A stretch of 64,000 nt of DNA from positions 8,462,201 to 8,526,200 of the forward strand of contig NC_092679.1 in NCBI RefSeq assembly GCF_964355755.1, given 5' to 3'. Below are positions 21,101 to 36,100 of this stretch, piece after piece (position 1 is the stretch's first letter; every line of letters starts with the position of its first letter). A program made the translations under genes and the position numbers. This DNA is from Antedon mediterranea. Taxonomy: Eukaryota; Animalia; Echinodermata. A model generated the notes under the pieces. The model made no database searches and was not told where the DNA came from. It saw only the letters and a list, made by a program, of their open reading frames with translations.

Positions 21101-24100
21101 AGCGAGAGAGAGAGAGATAGATCAGCGAGAGAGATAGATCAGCGAGAGAGAGTTAGATAAGCAAGAGAGATAGATTAGCGAGAGAGAGATAGATCAGCGA
21201 GAGAGAGATAGATCAGCGAGAGAGAGAGAGGTCAGCGAGAGAGAGATAGATCAGTGAGAGAGAGACAGATAGATCAGCGAGAGAGAGACAGATAGATCAG
21301 CGAGAGAGAGTGAGAGAGATAGATATGCGAGAGAGAGAGAGAGAGAGAGATAGATCAGCGAGAAAGAGAGATAGATCAGCGAGAGAGAGATAGATCAGCG
21401 AGAGAGAAAAAGATCAGCGAGAGAGATAGATCAGCGACAGAGAGATAGATCAGCGAGAGAGAGATAGATCAGCGAGAGAGATAAAGATCAGCGAGAGAGA
21501 TAGATCAGCGAGAGAGAGATAGATCAGCGAGAGAGAGAAAGATCAGCGAGAGAGAGATAGATCAGCGAGAGAGAGATAGATCAGCGAGAGAGATAGATCA
21601 GCGAGAGAGAGAGATAGATTAGCGAAAGAGAGAGAGATAGATCAGCGAGAGAGATAGATCAGCGAGAGAGAGATAGATTAGCGAGAGAGAGATAGATCAG
21701 CAAGAGAGAGAGATAGATCAGCGAGAGAGAGAAAGATCAGCGAGAGAGAGATAGATCAGCGAGAGAGAGATAGATCAGCGAGAGAGAGATAGATCAGCGC
21801 GAGAGAGAGAGATAGATCAGCGAGAGAGATAGATCAGCGAGAGAGAGATAGATAAGCGAGAGAGATATAGATTAGCGAGAGAGAGATAGATCAGCGAGAG
21901 AGAGATAGATCAGCGAGAGAGAGATAGATCAGCGAGAGAGAGAGAGATAGATCAGCGAGAGAGAGACAGATAGATCAGCGAGAGAGAGTGAGAGAGATAG
22001 ATCAGCGAGAGAGGGTGAGAGAGATAGATCAGCGAGAGAGAGATAGATCAGCGAGAGAGAGAGATAGATAGATCAGCGAGAGAGAGATAGATAGATCAGC
22101 GAGAGAGAAATAGATAGATCAGCGAGAGAGAGATAGGTCAGCGAGAGAGAGATAGATCAGCTAGAGAGATAGATAGATCAGCGAGAGAGAGATAGATCAG
22201 CGAAAGAGAGAGAGAGAGAGAGATAGATCAGCGAGAGAGAGAGAGATAGATCAGCGAGAGAGAGATAGATCAGCGAGAGAGAGATAGATCAGCGAGAGGT
22301 AGAGATAGATCAGCGAGAGAGAGAGATAGATCAGCGAGAGAGAGATAGATCAGCGAGAGAGAGATAGATCAGCGAGAGAGAGATAGATCAGCGAGAGAGA
22401 TAGATCAGCGAGAGAGAGAGAGAGATAGATCAGCGAGAGAGAGAAAGATCAGCGAGAGAGAGATAGGTCAGCAACAGAGAGATAGATCAGCGAGAGAGAA
22501 AAAGATCAGCGAGAGAGAGATAGATCAGCGAGAGAGAGAGATAGATCAGCGCGAGAGAGAGAGATAGATCAGCGAGAGAGATAGATCAGCGAGAGAGAGA
22601 TAGATAAGCGAGAGAGATATAGATTAGCGAGAGAGAGATAGATCAGCGAGAGAGAGATAGATCAGCGAGAGAGAGATAGATCAGGGAGAGAGAGAGAGAT
22701 AGATCAGCGAGAGAGAGACAGATAGATCAGCAAGAGAGAGTGAGAGAGATAGATCAGCGAGAGAGAGATAGATCAGCGAGAGAGAGAGAGATAGATCAGC
22801 GAGAGAGAGACAGATAGATCAGCAAGAGAGAGTGAGAGAGATAGATCAGCGAGAGAGAGAGAGATAGATCAGCGAGAGAGAGATAGATCAGCGAGAGAGA
22901 GATAGATCAGCGAGAGGTAGAGATAGATCAGCGAGAGAGAGAGATAGATCAGCGAGAGAGAGATAGATCAGCGAGAGAGAGATAGATCAGCGAGAGAGAG
23001 ATAGATCAGCGAGAGAGAGATAGATCAGCGAGAGAGAGAGAGAGATAGATCAGCGAGAGAGAGAAAGATCAGCGAGAGAGAGATAGGTCAGCAACAGAGA
23101 GATAGATCAGCGAGAGAGAAAAAGATGAGCGAGAGAGAGATAGATCAGCGAGAGAGAGAGATAGATCAGCGCGAGAGAGAGAGATAGATCAGCGAGAGAG
23201 ATAGATCAGCGAGAGAGAGATAGATAAGCGAGAGAGATATAGATTAGCGAGAGAGAGATAGATCAGCGAGAGAGAGATAGATCAGCGAGAGAGAGATAGA
23301 TCAGCGAGAGAGAGAGAGATAGATCAGCGAGAGAGAGACAGATAGATCAGCAAGAGAGAGTGAGAGAGATAGATCAGCGAGAAAGAGAGAGAGAGATAGA
23401 TCAGCGAGAGAGAGACAGATAGATCAGCGAGAGAAAGTGAGAGAGATAGATCAGCGAGAGAGGGTGAGAGAGATAGATCAGCGAGAGAGAGATAGATCAG
23501 CGAGAGAGAGAGATAGATAGATCAGCGAGAGAAAGATAGATAGATCAGCGAGAGAGAGAGGGATCAGCGAGAGAGAAATAGATAGATCAGCGAGAGAGAG
23601 ATAGGTCAGCGAGAGAGAGATAGATTAGCTAGAGAGATAGATAGATCAGCGAGAGAGAGAGATAGATCAGCGAAAGAGAGAGAGAGAGAGAGATAGATCA
23701 GCGAGAGAGAGAGAGATAGATCAGCGAGAGAGAGATAGATCAGCGAGAGAGAGATAGATCAGCGAGAGGTAGAGATAGATCAGCGAGAGAGAGATAGATC
23801 AGCGAGAGAGATAGATCAGCGAGAGAGAGATAGATCAGCGAGAGAGAGATAGATCAGTGAGAGAGAGATAGATCAGCGAGAGAGAGAGAGAGATAGATCA
23901 GCGAGAGAGAGAAAGATCAGCGAGAGAGAGATAGGTCAGCAACAGAGAGATAGATCAGCGAGAGAGAAAAAGATCAGCGAGAGAGAGATAGATCAGCGAC
24001 AGAGAGATAGATCAGCGAGAGAGAGATAGATCAGCGAGAGAGATATAGATCAGCGAGAGAGATAGATCAGCGAGAGAGAGATAGATCAGCGAGAGAGAGA

Positions 24101-27100
24101 TAGATCAGCGAGAGAGAGAGAGATAGATCAGCGAGAGAGAGACAGATAGATCAGCAAGAGAGAGTGAGAGAGATAGATCAGCGAGAAAGAGAGAGAGAGA
24201 GATAGATCAGCGAGAGAGAGACAGATAGATCAGCGAGAGAGAGTGAGAGAGATAGATCAGCGACAGAGAGATAGATCAGCGAGAGAGAGATAGATCAGCG
24301 AGAGAGATATAGATCAGCGAGAGAGAGATAGATCAGCGAAAGATAGATAGATCAGCGAGAGAGAAAGAGATAGATCAGCAAGAGAGAGATAGATCAGCAA
24401 GAGAGAGATAGATCAGCTAGAGAGAGAGATAGATCAGCGAGAGCGAGATAGAATAGCGAGAGAGAGATAGATCAGCGAGAGAGAGATAGATCAGCGAGAG
24501 AGAGAGATAGATCAGCGAGAAAGAGATAGATCAGCGAGAGAGATAGATAGATCAGCGAGAGAGAGAGATAGATCAGCGAGAGAGAGAGAGATAGATCAGC
24601 GAGAGAGAGAGATATAGATCAGCGAGAGAGAGATAGATCAGCGAGAGGGAGAGATAGATCAGCGAGAGAGAGATAGATCAGCGAGAGAGAGAGAGAGATC
24701 AGCAAGAGAGAGAGATAGATAGACGAGAGAGAGATAGATCAGCGAGATAGAGAAAGATCAGCGAGAGAGAGAGATAGATCAGCGACAGAGAGATAGATCA
24801 GCGAGAGAGAGATAGATCAGCGAGAGAGATATAGATCAGCGAGAGAGAGAGATAGATCAGCGAGAGATAGATAGATGAGCGAGAGAGAGAGATAGATCAG
24901 CAAGAGAGAGATAGATCAGCGAGAGAGAGAGATAGATCAGCGAGAGCGAGATAGATTAGCGAGAGAGAGATAGATCAGCGAGAGAGATAGATCAGTGAGA
25001 GAGAGAGAGATAGATCAGCGAGAGAGAGATAGATCAGCGAGAGAGAGATAGATCAGCGAGAGAGAGATAGATCAGCGAGAGAGAGAGAGAGAGATCAGCG
25101 AGAGAGAGATAGATCAGCGAGAGAGAGATAGATCAGCTATAGAGAGAGATAGATCAGCGAGATAGAGAAAGATCAGCGAGAGAGAGATAGATCAGCGACA
25201 GAGAGATAGATCAGCGAAAGAGAGATAGATCAGCGAGAGAGATATAGATCAGCGAGAGAGAGATAGATCAGCGAAAGATAGATAGATCAGCGAGAGAGAG
25301 AGAGATAGATCAGCAAGAGAGAGATAGATCAGCAAGAGAGAGATAGATCAGCGAGAGAGAGAGATAGATCAGCGAGAGCGAGATAGATTAGCGAGAGAGA
25401 GAAAGATCAGCGAGAGAGAGATAGATCAGCGAGAGAGAGAGATAGATCAGCGAGAAAGAGATAGATGAGCGAGAGAGATAGATAGATCAGCGAGAGAGAG
25501 AGATAGATCAGTGAGAGAGAGAGAGATAGATCAGCGAGAGAGAGATATAGATCAGCGAGAGAGAGATAGATAAGCGAGAGGGAGAGATAGATCAGCGAGA
25601 GAGAGATAGATCAGCGAGAGAGAGAGAGAGATCAGCGAGAGAGAGAGAGATAGATAGGCGAGAGAGAGATAGATCAGCGAGAGAGAGATAGATCAGCGAG
25701 AGAGAGATAGATCAGCGAGAGAGAAAAAGATCAGCGAGAGAGAGATAGATCAGCGACAGAGAGATAGATCAGTGAGAGAGAGATAGATCAGCGAGAGAGA
25801 TATAGATCAACAAGAGAGATAGATCAGCGAGAGAGAGATAGATCAGCGAGAGAGAAAAAGATCAGCGAGAGAGAGATAGATCAGCGAGAGAGAGATAGAT
25901 CAGCGAGAGAGATAGATCAGCGAGAGAGAGAGATAGATCAGCGAGAGAGAGAGAGATAGATCAGCGAGAGAGATAGATCAGCGAGAGAGAGTTAGATAAG
26001 CAAGAGAGATAGATTAGCGAGAGAGAGATAGATCAGCGAGAGAGAGATAGATCAGCGAGAGAGAGAGAGGTCAGCGAGAGAGAGATAGATCAGTGAGAGA
26101 GAGACAGATAGATCAGCGAGAGAGAGACAGATAGATCAGCGAGAGAGAGTGAGAGAGATAGATATGCGAGAGAGAGAGAGAGAGAGAGATAGATCAGCGA
26201 GAAAGACAGATAGATCAGCGAGAGAGAGATAGATCAGCGAGAGAGAAAAAGATCAGCGAGAGAGATAGATCAGCGACAGAGAGATAGATCAGCGAGAGAG
26301 AGATAGATCAGCGAGAGAGATAAAGATCAGCGAGAGAGATAGATCAGCGAGAGAGAGATAGATCAGCGAGAGAGAGAAAGATCAGCGAGAGAGAGATAGA
26401 TCAGCGAGAGAGAGATAGATCAGCGAGAGAGATAGATCAGCGAGAGAGAGAGATAGATTAGCGAAAGAGAGAGAGAAAGATCAGCGAGAGAGATAGATCA
26501 GCGAGAGAGAGATAGATTAGCGAGAGAGAGATAGATCAGCAAGAGAGAGAGATAGATCAGCGAGAGAGAGAAAGATCAGCGAGAGAGAGATAGATCAGCG
26601 AGAGAGAGATAGATCAGCGAGAGAGAGATAGATCAGCGCGAGAGAGAGAGATAGATCAGCGAGAGAGATAGATCAGCGAGAGAGAGATAGATAAGCGAGA
26701 GAGATATAGATTAGCGAGAGAGAGATAGATCAGCGAGAGAGAGATAGATCAGCGAGAGAGAGATAGATCAGCGAGAGAGAGAGAGAGATAGATCAGCGAG
26801 AGAGAGACAGATAGATCAGCGAGAGAGAGTGAGAGAGATAGATCAGCGAGAGAGGGTGAGAGAGATAGATCAGCGAGAGAGAGATAGATCAGCGAGAGAG
26901 AGAGAGATAGATAGATCAGCGAGAGAGAGATAGATAGATCAGCGAGAAAGAAATAGATAGATCAGCGAGAGAGAGATAGGTCAGCGAGAGAGAGATAGAT
27001 CAGCTAGAGAGATAGATAGATCAGCGAGAGAGAGATAGATCAGCGAAAGAGAGAGAGAGAGAGAGATAGATCAGCGAGAGAGAGAGAGATAGATCAGCGA

Positions 27101-30100
27101 GAGAGAGATAGATCAGCGAGAGAGAGATAGATCAGCGAGAGGTAGAGATAGATCAGCGAGAGAGAGAGATAGATCAGCGAGAGAGAGATAGATCAGCGAG
27201 AGAGAGATAGATCAGCGAGAGAGAGATAGATCAGCGAGAGAGATAGATCAGCGAGAGAGAGAGAGAGATAGATCAGCGAGAGAGAGAAAGATCAGCGAGA
27301 GAGAGATAGGTCAGCAACAGAGAGATAGATCAGCGAGAGAGAAAAAGATCAGCGAGAGAGAGATAGATCAGCGAGAGAGAGAGATAGATCAGCGCGAGAG
27401 AGAGAGATAGATCAGCGAGAGAGATAGATCAGCGAGAGAGAGATAGATAAGCGAGAGAGATATAGATTAGCGAGAGAGAGATAGATCAGCGAGAGAGAGA
27501 TAGATCAGCGAGAGAGAGATAGATCAGCGAGAGAGAGAGAGATAGATCAGCGAGAGAGAGACAGATAGATCAGCAAGAGAGAGTGAGAGAGATAGATCAG
27601 CGAGAGAGAGATAGATCAGCGAGAGAGAGAGAGATAGATCAGCGAGAGAGAGACAGATAGATCAGCAAGAGAGAGTGAGAGAGATAGATCAGCGAGAGAG
27701 AGAGAGATAGATCAGCGAGAGAGAGATAGATCAGCGAGAGAGAGATAGATCAGCGAGAGGTAGAGATAGATCAGCGAGAGAGAGAGATAGATCAGCGAGA
27801 GAGAGATAGATCAGCGAGAGAGAGATAGATCAGCGAGAGAGAGATAGATCAGCGAGAGAGAGATAGATCAGCGAGAGAGAGAGAGAGATAGATCAGCGAG
27901 AGAGAGAAAGATCAGCGAGAGAGAGATAGGTCAGCAACAGAGAGATAGATCAGCGAGAGAGAAAAAGATGAGCGAGAGAGAGATAGATCAGCGAGAGAGA
28001 GAGATAGATCAGCGCGAGAGAGAGAGATAGATCAGCGAGAGAGATAGATCAGCGAGAGAGAGATAGATAAGCGAGAGAGATATAGATTAGCGAGAGAGAG
28101 ATAGATCAGCGAGAGAGAGATAGATCAGCGAGAGAGAGATAGATCAGCGAGAGAGAGAGAGATAGATCAGCGAGAGAGAGACAGATAGATCAGCAAGAGA
28201 GAGTGAGAGAGATAGATCAGCGAGAAAGAGAGAGAGAGATAGATCAGCGAGAGAGAGACAGATAGATCAGCGAGAGAGAGTGAGAGAGATAGATCAGCGA
28301 GAGAGGGTGAGAGAGATAGATCAGCGAGAGAGAGATAGATCAGCGAGAGAGAGAGATAGATAGATCAGCGAGAGAAAGATAGATAGATCAGCGAGAGAGA
28401 GAGGGATCAGCGAGAGAGAAATAGATAGATCAGCGAGAGAGAGATAGGTCAGCGAGAGAGAGATAGATTAGCTAGAGAGATAGATAGATCAGCGAGAGAG
28501 AGAGATAGATCAGCGAAAGAGAGAGAGAGAGAGAGATAGATCAGCGAGAGAGAGAGAGATAGATCAGCGAGAGAGAGATAGATCAGCGAGAGAGAGATAG
28601 ATCAGCGAGAGGTAGAGATAGATCAGCGAGAGAGAGATAGATCAGCGAGAGAGATAGATCAGCGAGAGAGAGATAGATCAGTGAGAGAGAGATAGATCAG
28701 CGAGAGAGAGAGAGAGATAGATCAGCGAGAGAGAGAAAGATCAGCGAGAGAGAGATAGGTCAGCAACAGAGAGATAGATCAGCGAGAGAGAAAAAGATCA
28801 GCGAGAGAGAGATAGATCAGCGACAGAGAGATAGATCAGCGAGAGAGAGATAGATCAGCGAGAGAGATATAGATCAGCGAGAGAGATAGATCAGCGAGAG
28901 AGAGATAGATCAGCGAGAGAGAGATAGATCAGCGAGAGAGAGAGAGATAGATCAGCGAGAGAGAGACAGATAGATCAGCAAGAGAGAGTGAGAGAGATAG
29001 ATCAGCGAGAAAGAGAGAGAGAGAGATAGATCAGCGAGAGAGAGACAGATAGATCAGCGAGAGAGAGTGAGAGAGATAGATCAGCGAGAGAGGGTGAGAG
29101 AGATAGATCAGCGAGAGAGAGATAGATCAGCGAGAGAGAGAGATAGATAGATCAGCGAGAGAAAGATAGATAGATCAGCGAGAGAGAGAGGGATCAGCGA
29201 GAGAGAAATAGATAGATCAGCGAGAGAGAGATAGGTCAGCGAGAGAGAGATAGATCAGCTAGAGAGATAGATAGATCAGCGAGAGAGAGATAGATCAGCG
29301 AAAGAGAGAGAGAGAGAGAGAGATAGATCAGCGAGAGAGAGAGAGATAGATCAGCGAGAGAGAGATAGATCAGCGAGAGAGAGATAGATCAGCGAGAGGT
29401 AGAGATAGATCAGCGAGAGAGAGATAGATCAGCGAGAGAGATAGATCAGCGAGAGAGAGATAGATCAGCGAGAGAGAGATAGATCAGTGAGAGAGAGAGA
29501 TAGATCAGCGAGAGAGAGAGAGATATAGATCAGCGAGAGAGAGAAAGATCAGCGAGAGAGAGATAGGTCAGCAACAGAGAGATAGATCAGCGAGAGAGAA
29601 AAAGATCAGCGAGAGAGAGATAGATCAGCGACAGAGAGATAGATCAGCGAGAGAGAGATAGATCAGCGAGAGAGATATAGATCAGCGAGAGAGATAGATC
29701 AGCGAGAGAGAGATAGATCAGCGAGAGAGAGAAAGATCAGCGAGAGAGAGATAGATCAGCGAGAGAGAGATAGATCAGCGAGAGAGATAGATCAGTGAGA
29801 GAGAGAGATAGATCAGTGAGAGAGAGAGAGATAGATCAGCGAGAGAGATAGATCAGCGAGAGAGAGATAGATAAGCGAGAGAGAGATAGATTAGCGAGAG
29901 AGAGATAGATCAGCGAGAGAGAGATAGATCAGCGAGAGAGAGAGAGAGATCAGCGAGAGAGAGAGATAGATCAGCGAGAGAGAGAGAGAGATAGATCAGC
30001 GTGAGAGAGACAGATAGATCAGCGAGAGAGAGTGAGAGAGATAGATCAGCGAGAGAGGGTGAGAGAGATAGATCAGCGAGAGAGAGATAGATCAGCGAGA

Positions 30101-33100
30101 GAGAGATAGATAGATCAGCGAGAGAGAGATAGATAGATCAGCGAGAGAGAGATAGATAGATCAGCGAGAGAGAGATAGATCAGCGAGAGAGAAATAGATA
30201 GATCAGCGAGAGACAGATAGGTCAGCGAGAGAGAGAGATAGATCAGCTAGAGAGATAGATAGATCAGCGAGAGAGAGATAGATCAGCGAGAGAGAGAGAG
30301 ATAGATCAGCGAGAGAGAGAGAGATAGATCAGCGAGAGAGATAGATCAGTGAGAGAGAGATAGATCAGCGAGAGGTGGAGATAGATCAGCGAGAGAGAGA
30401 TAGATCAGCGAGAGAGAGAGAGAGATAGATCAGCGAGAGAGAGATAGATCAGCGAGAGAGAGATAGATCAGCGAGAGAGAGATAGATCAGCGAGAGAGAG
30501 AAAGATCAGCGAGAGAGAGATAGGTCAGCGACAGAGAGATAGATCAGCGAGAGAGAGATAGATCAGCGAGAGAGATATAGATCAGCGAGAGAGAGATAAA
30601 TCAGCGAGAGAGATATAGATCAGCGAGAAAGAGAAAGATCAGCGAGAGAGAGATAGATCAGTGAGAGAGAGATAGATCAGCGAGAGAGAGATAGATTAGC
30701 GAGAGGGAGATAGATCAGCGAGAGAGAGAGATAGATCAGAGAGAGAGAGAGATAGATCAGCGAGAGAGAGAGATAGATCAGCGAGAGAGATAGATCAGCG
30801 AGAGAGAGAGATAGATTAGCGAGAGAGAGAGAGAGATAGATCAGCGAGAGAGATAGATCAGCGAGAGAGAGATAGATAAGTGAGAGAGATATAGATTAGC
30901 GAGAGAGAGATAGATCAGCGAGAGAGAGATAGATCAGCGAGAGAGAGATAGATCAGCGAGAGAGAGAGAGAGATAGATCAGCGAGAGAGAGAAAGATAGT
31001 TCAGCGAGAGAGAGAGTGAGAGAGATAGATCAGCGAGAGAGAGAGAGAGATAGATCAGCGAGAGAGAGACAGATAGATAGATCAGCGAGAGAGAGTGAGA
31101 GAGATAGATCAGCGAGAGAGGGTGAGAGAGATAGATCAGCGAGAGAGAGATAGATCAGCGAGAGAGAGATAGATAGATCAGCGAGAAAGAGATAGATAGA
31201 TCAGCGAGAGAGAGATAGATCAGCGAGAGAGAAATAGATAGATCAGCGAGAGAGAGATAGGTCAGCGAGAGAGAGAGATAGATCAGCGAGAGAGAGAGAG
31301 AGAGAGAGATAGATCAGCGAGAGAGAGAGAGATAGATCAGCGAGAGAGAGATAGATCAGCGAGAGGTAGAGATAGATAAGCGAGAGAGAGATAGATCAGC
31401 GAGAGAGAGATAGATCAGCGAGAGAGAGATAGATCAGCGAGAGAGAGAGATAGATCAGCGAGAGAGAGAGAGATAGATCAGCGAGAGAGAGAAAGATCAG
31501 CGAGAGAGATAGGTCAGCGACAGAGAGATAGATCAGCGAGAGAGAAAAAGATCAGCGAGAGAGAGATAGATCAGCGACAGAGAGATAGATCAGCGAGAGA
31601 GAGATAGATCAGCGAGAGAGATATAGATCAGCGAGAGAGATAGATCAGCGAGAGAGAGATAGATCAGCGAGAGAGAGAAAGATCAGCGAGAGAGAGATAG
31701 ATCAGCGAGAGAGATAGATCAGCGAGAGAGAGAGAGATAGATCAGCGAGAAAGATAGATCAGCGAGAGAGAGATAGATAAGCGAGAGAGAGATGGATTAG
31801 CGAGAGAGAGATAGATCAGCGAGAGAGAGATAGATCAGCGAGAGAGAGAGAGATCAGCGAGAGAGAGAGAGAGATAGATCAGCGAGAGAGAGAGAGAGAG
31901 AGATAGATCAGCGAGAGAGAGACAGATAGATCAGCGAGAGAGAGTGAGAGAGATAGATCAGCGAGAGAGGGTGAGAGAGATAGATCAGCGAGAGAGAGAT
32001 AGATCAGCGAGAGAGATAGATAGATCAGCGAGAGAGAGATAGATAGATCAGCGAGAGAGAGATAGATCAGCGAGAGAGAGATAGATCAGCGAGAGAGAGA
32101 TAGATCAGCGAGAGAGAGATAGATCAGCGAGAGAGAGATAGATCAGCGAGAGAGAGAGAGATAGATCAGCGAGAGAGAGAAAGATAGTTCAGCGAGAGAG
32201 AGAGTGAGAGAGATAGATCAGCGAGAGAGAGAGAGAGATAGATCAGCGAGAGAGAGACAGATAGATAGATCAGCGAGAGAGAGTGAGAGAGATAGATCAG
32301 CGAGAGAGGGTGAGAGAGATAGATCAGCGAGAGAGAGATAGATCAGCGAGAGAGAGATAGATAGATCAGCGAGAAAGAGATAGATAGATCAGCGAGAGAG
32401 AGATAGATCAGCGAGAGAGAAATAGATAGATCAGCGAGAGAGAGATAGGTCAGCGAGAGAGAGATAGATCAGCGAGAGAGAGAGAGAGAGATAGATCAGC
32501 GAGAGAGAGAGAGATAGATCAGCGAGAGAGAGATAGATCAGCGAGAGGTAGAGATAGATAAGCGAGAGAGAGATAGATCAGCGAGAGAGAGATAGATCAG
32601 CGAGAGAGAGATAGATCAGCGAGAGAGAGAGATAGATCAGCGAGAGAGAGAGAGATAGATCAGCGAGAGAGAGAAAGATCAGCGAGAGAGATAGGTCAGC
32701 GACAGAGAGATAGATCAGCGAGAGAGAAAAAGATCAGCGAGAGAGAGATAGATCAGCGACAGAGAGATAGATCAGCGAGAGAGAGATAGATCAGCGAGAG
32801 AGATATAGATCAGCGAGAGAGATAGATCAGCGAGAGAGAGATAGATCAGCGAGAGAGAGAAAGATCAGCGAGAGAGAGATAGATCAGCGAGAGAGATAGA
32901 TCAGCGAGAGAGAGAGATAGATCAGCGAAAGAGAGAGAGATAGATCAGCGAGAAAGATAGATCAGCGAGAGAGAGATAGATAAGCGAGAGAGAGATGGAT
33001 TAGCGAGAGAGAGAAAGATCAGCGAGAGAGAGATAGATCAGCGAGAGAGAGAGAGATCAGCGAGAGAGAGAGATAGATCAGCGAGAGAGAGAGAGAGAGA

Positions 33101-36100
33101 GAGAGATAGATCAGCGAGAGAGAGACAGATAGATCAGCGAGAGAGAGTGAGAGAGATAGATCAGCGAGAGAGGGTGAGAGAGATAGATCAGCGAGAGAGA
33201 GATAGATCAGCGAGAGAGATAGATAGATCAGCGAGAGAGAGATAGATAGATCAGCGAGAGAGAGATAGATCAGCGAGAGAGAGATAGATCAGCGAGAGAG
33301 AGATAGATCAGCGAGAGAGAGATAGATCAGCGAGAGAGAGATAGATCAGCGAGAGAGATAGATCAGCGAGAGAGAGAGATAGATCAGCGAGAGAGAGATA
33401 GATAGATCAGCGAGAGAGAGATAGGTCAGCGACAGAGAGATAGATCAGCGAGAGAGAGATAGATCAGCGAGAGAGATATAGATCAGCGAGAGAGAGAGAT
33501 ACATCAGCGAGAAAGAGATAGATCAGCGAGAGAGAGAAAGATCAGCGAGAGAGAGATAGATCAGTGAGAGAGAGATAGATCAGCGAGAGAGAGATAGATT
33601 AGCGAGAGAGAGATAGATCAGCGAGAGAGAGATAGATTAGCAAGAGAGAGATAGATCAGCGAGAGAGAGATAGATCAGCGAGAGAGAGATAGATTAGCAA
33701 GAGAGAGATAGATCAGCGACAGAGAGATAGATCAGCGAGAGAGAGAGAGAGATCAGCGAGAGAGATAGATCAGCGAGAGAGAGAGATAGATCAGCGAGAG
33801 AGAGATAGATCAGCGAGAGAGAGATAGATAGATCAGCGAGAGAGAGATAGATCAGCGAAAGAGAGATAGATAGATCAGCGAGAGAGAGATAGATCAGCGA
33901 GAGAGATAGATCAGCGAGAGAGAGATAGATCAGCGAGAGAGAGATAGATCAGCGAGAGAAAGATGGATCAGCGAGAGAGAGAGAGATAGATCAGCGAGAT
34001 AGAGAAAGATCTGCGAGAGAGAGATAGATCAGCGAGATAGAGATAGATCAGCGAGAGAGAGATAGATCAGCGAGAGAGAGATAGATCAGCGAGAAAGAGA
34101 TAGATCAGCGAGAGAGAGATAGATCAGCGAGAGAGAGATAGATCAGCGAGAGAGAGATAGATCAGCGAGATAGAGAAAGATCAGCGAGAGAGAGATAGAT
34201 CAGCGACAGAGAGAGATAGATCAGCGAGAGATAGATAGATCAGCGAGAGAGAGAGAGAGATAGATCAGCAAGAGAGAGATAGATCAGCGAGATAGAGAGA
34301 TAGATCAGCGAGAGCGAGATAGATTAGCGAGAGAGAGATAGATCAGCGAGAGAGAGATAGATCAGCGAGAGAGAGAGAGATAGATCAGCGAGAAAGAGAT
34401 AGATCAGCGAGAGAGATAGATAGATCAGCGAGAGAGAGATAGATCAGCGAGAGAGAGAGAGAGATAGATCAGCGAGAGAGAGATAGATCAGCGAGAGAGA
34501 GATAGATCAGCGAGAAGGAGAGATAGATCAGCGAGAGAGATATAGATCAGCGAGAGAGAGATAGATCAGCGAGAGAGAGATAGATCAGCGAGAGAGAGAG
34601 AGATCAGCGAGAGAGAGAGATAGATCAGCGACAGAGAGATAGATCAGCGAGAGAGAGATAGATCAGCGAGAGAGAGATAGATCAGCGACAGAGAGATAGA
34701 TCAGCGAGAGAGAGATAGATCAGCGAGAGAGAGAGAGAGAGAGATCAGCGAGAGAGAGAGATAGATCAGCGAGAGAGAGATAGATCAGCGAGAGAGAGAT
34801 AGATAGATCAGCGAGAGAGAGATAGATCAGCGAAAGAGAGATAGATAGATCAGCGAGAGAGAGATAGATCAGCGAGAGAGATAGATTAGCGAGAGAGAGA
34901 TAGATAGATGAGCGAGAGAGAGATAGATCAGCGAGAGAGAGATAGATCAGCGAGAGAGAGATAGATCAGCGAGAGAAAGATAGATAGATCAGCGAGAGAG
35001 AGATAGATAGATCAGCGAGAGAGAGATAGATAGATTAGCGAGAGAGAGATAGATAGATGAGCGAGAGAGAGATAGATGAGCGAGAGAGAGATAGATCAGC
35101 GAGAGAGATTGATAGATCAGCAAGAGAGAGATAGATCAGCGAGAGAGAGATAGATCAGCGAGAGAGAGATAGATCAGCGTGAGAGAGAAAGATCAGCGAG
35201 AGAGAGATAGATCAGTGAGAGAGAGATAGATCGGCGAGAGAGAGATAGATTAGCGAGAGAGAGATAGATCAGCGAGAGAGAGAGAGATAGATCAGAGAGA
35301 GAGAGATAGATCAGCGAGATAGAGATAGATCTGCGAGAGACAGATAGATTAGCAAGAGAGAGATAGATCAGCCAGAGAGAGATAGATCAGCGAGAGAGAG
35401 ATAGATCAGCGAGAGAGAGAGATAGATCAGCGAGAGAGAGAGATAGATCAGCGAGAGAGAGATAGATAGATCAGCGAGAGAGAGATAGATCAGCGAGAGA
35501 GATATAGATCAGCGAGAGAGAGATAGATCAGCGAGAGATAGATAGATCAGCGAGAGAGAGAGAGATAGATCAGCAAGAGAGAGATAGATCAGCGAGAGAG
35601 AGATAGATCAGCGAGAGCGAGATAGATTAGCGAGAGAGAGATAGATCAGCGAGAGAGAGATAGAACAGCGAGAGAGAGAGAGATAGATCAGCGAGAAAGA
35701 GATAGATCAGCGAGAGAGATAGATAGATCAGCGAGAGAGAGATAGATCAGCGAGAGAGAGAGAAAGATAGATCAGCGAGAGAGAGAGAGAGAGAGATAGA
35801 TCAGCGAGAGAGAGAGATAGATCAGCGAGAGAGAGATAGATCAGCGAGAGAGAGATAGATCAGCGAGAGGGAGAGATAGATCAGCGAGAGAGAGATAGAT
35901 CAGCGAGAAAGAGATAGATCAGCGAGAGAGAGATAGGTCAGCGACCGAGAGATAGATCAGCGAGAGAGAGATAGATCAGCGAGAGAGATATAGATCAGCG
36001 AGAGAGAGATAGATCAGTGAGAGAGAGATATATCAGCGAGAGAGATAGATTAGCGGGGGAGAGATAGATCAGCGAGAGAGAGAGAGATAGATCAGAGAGA

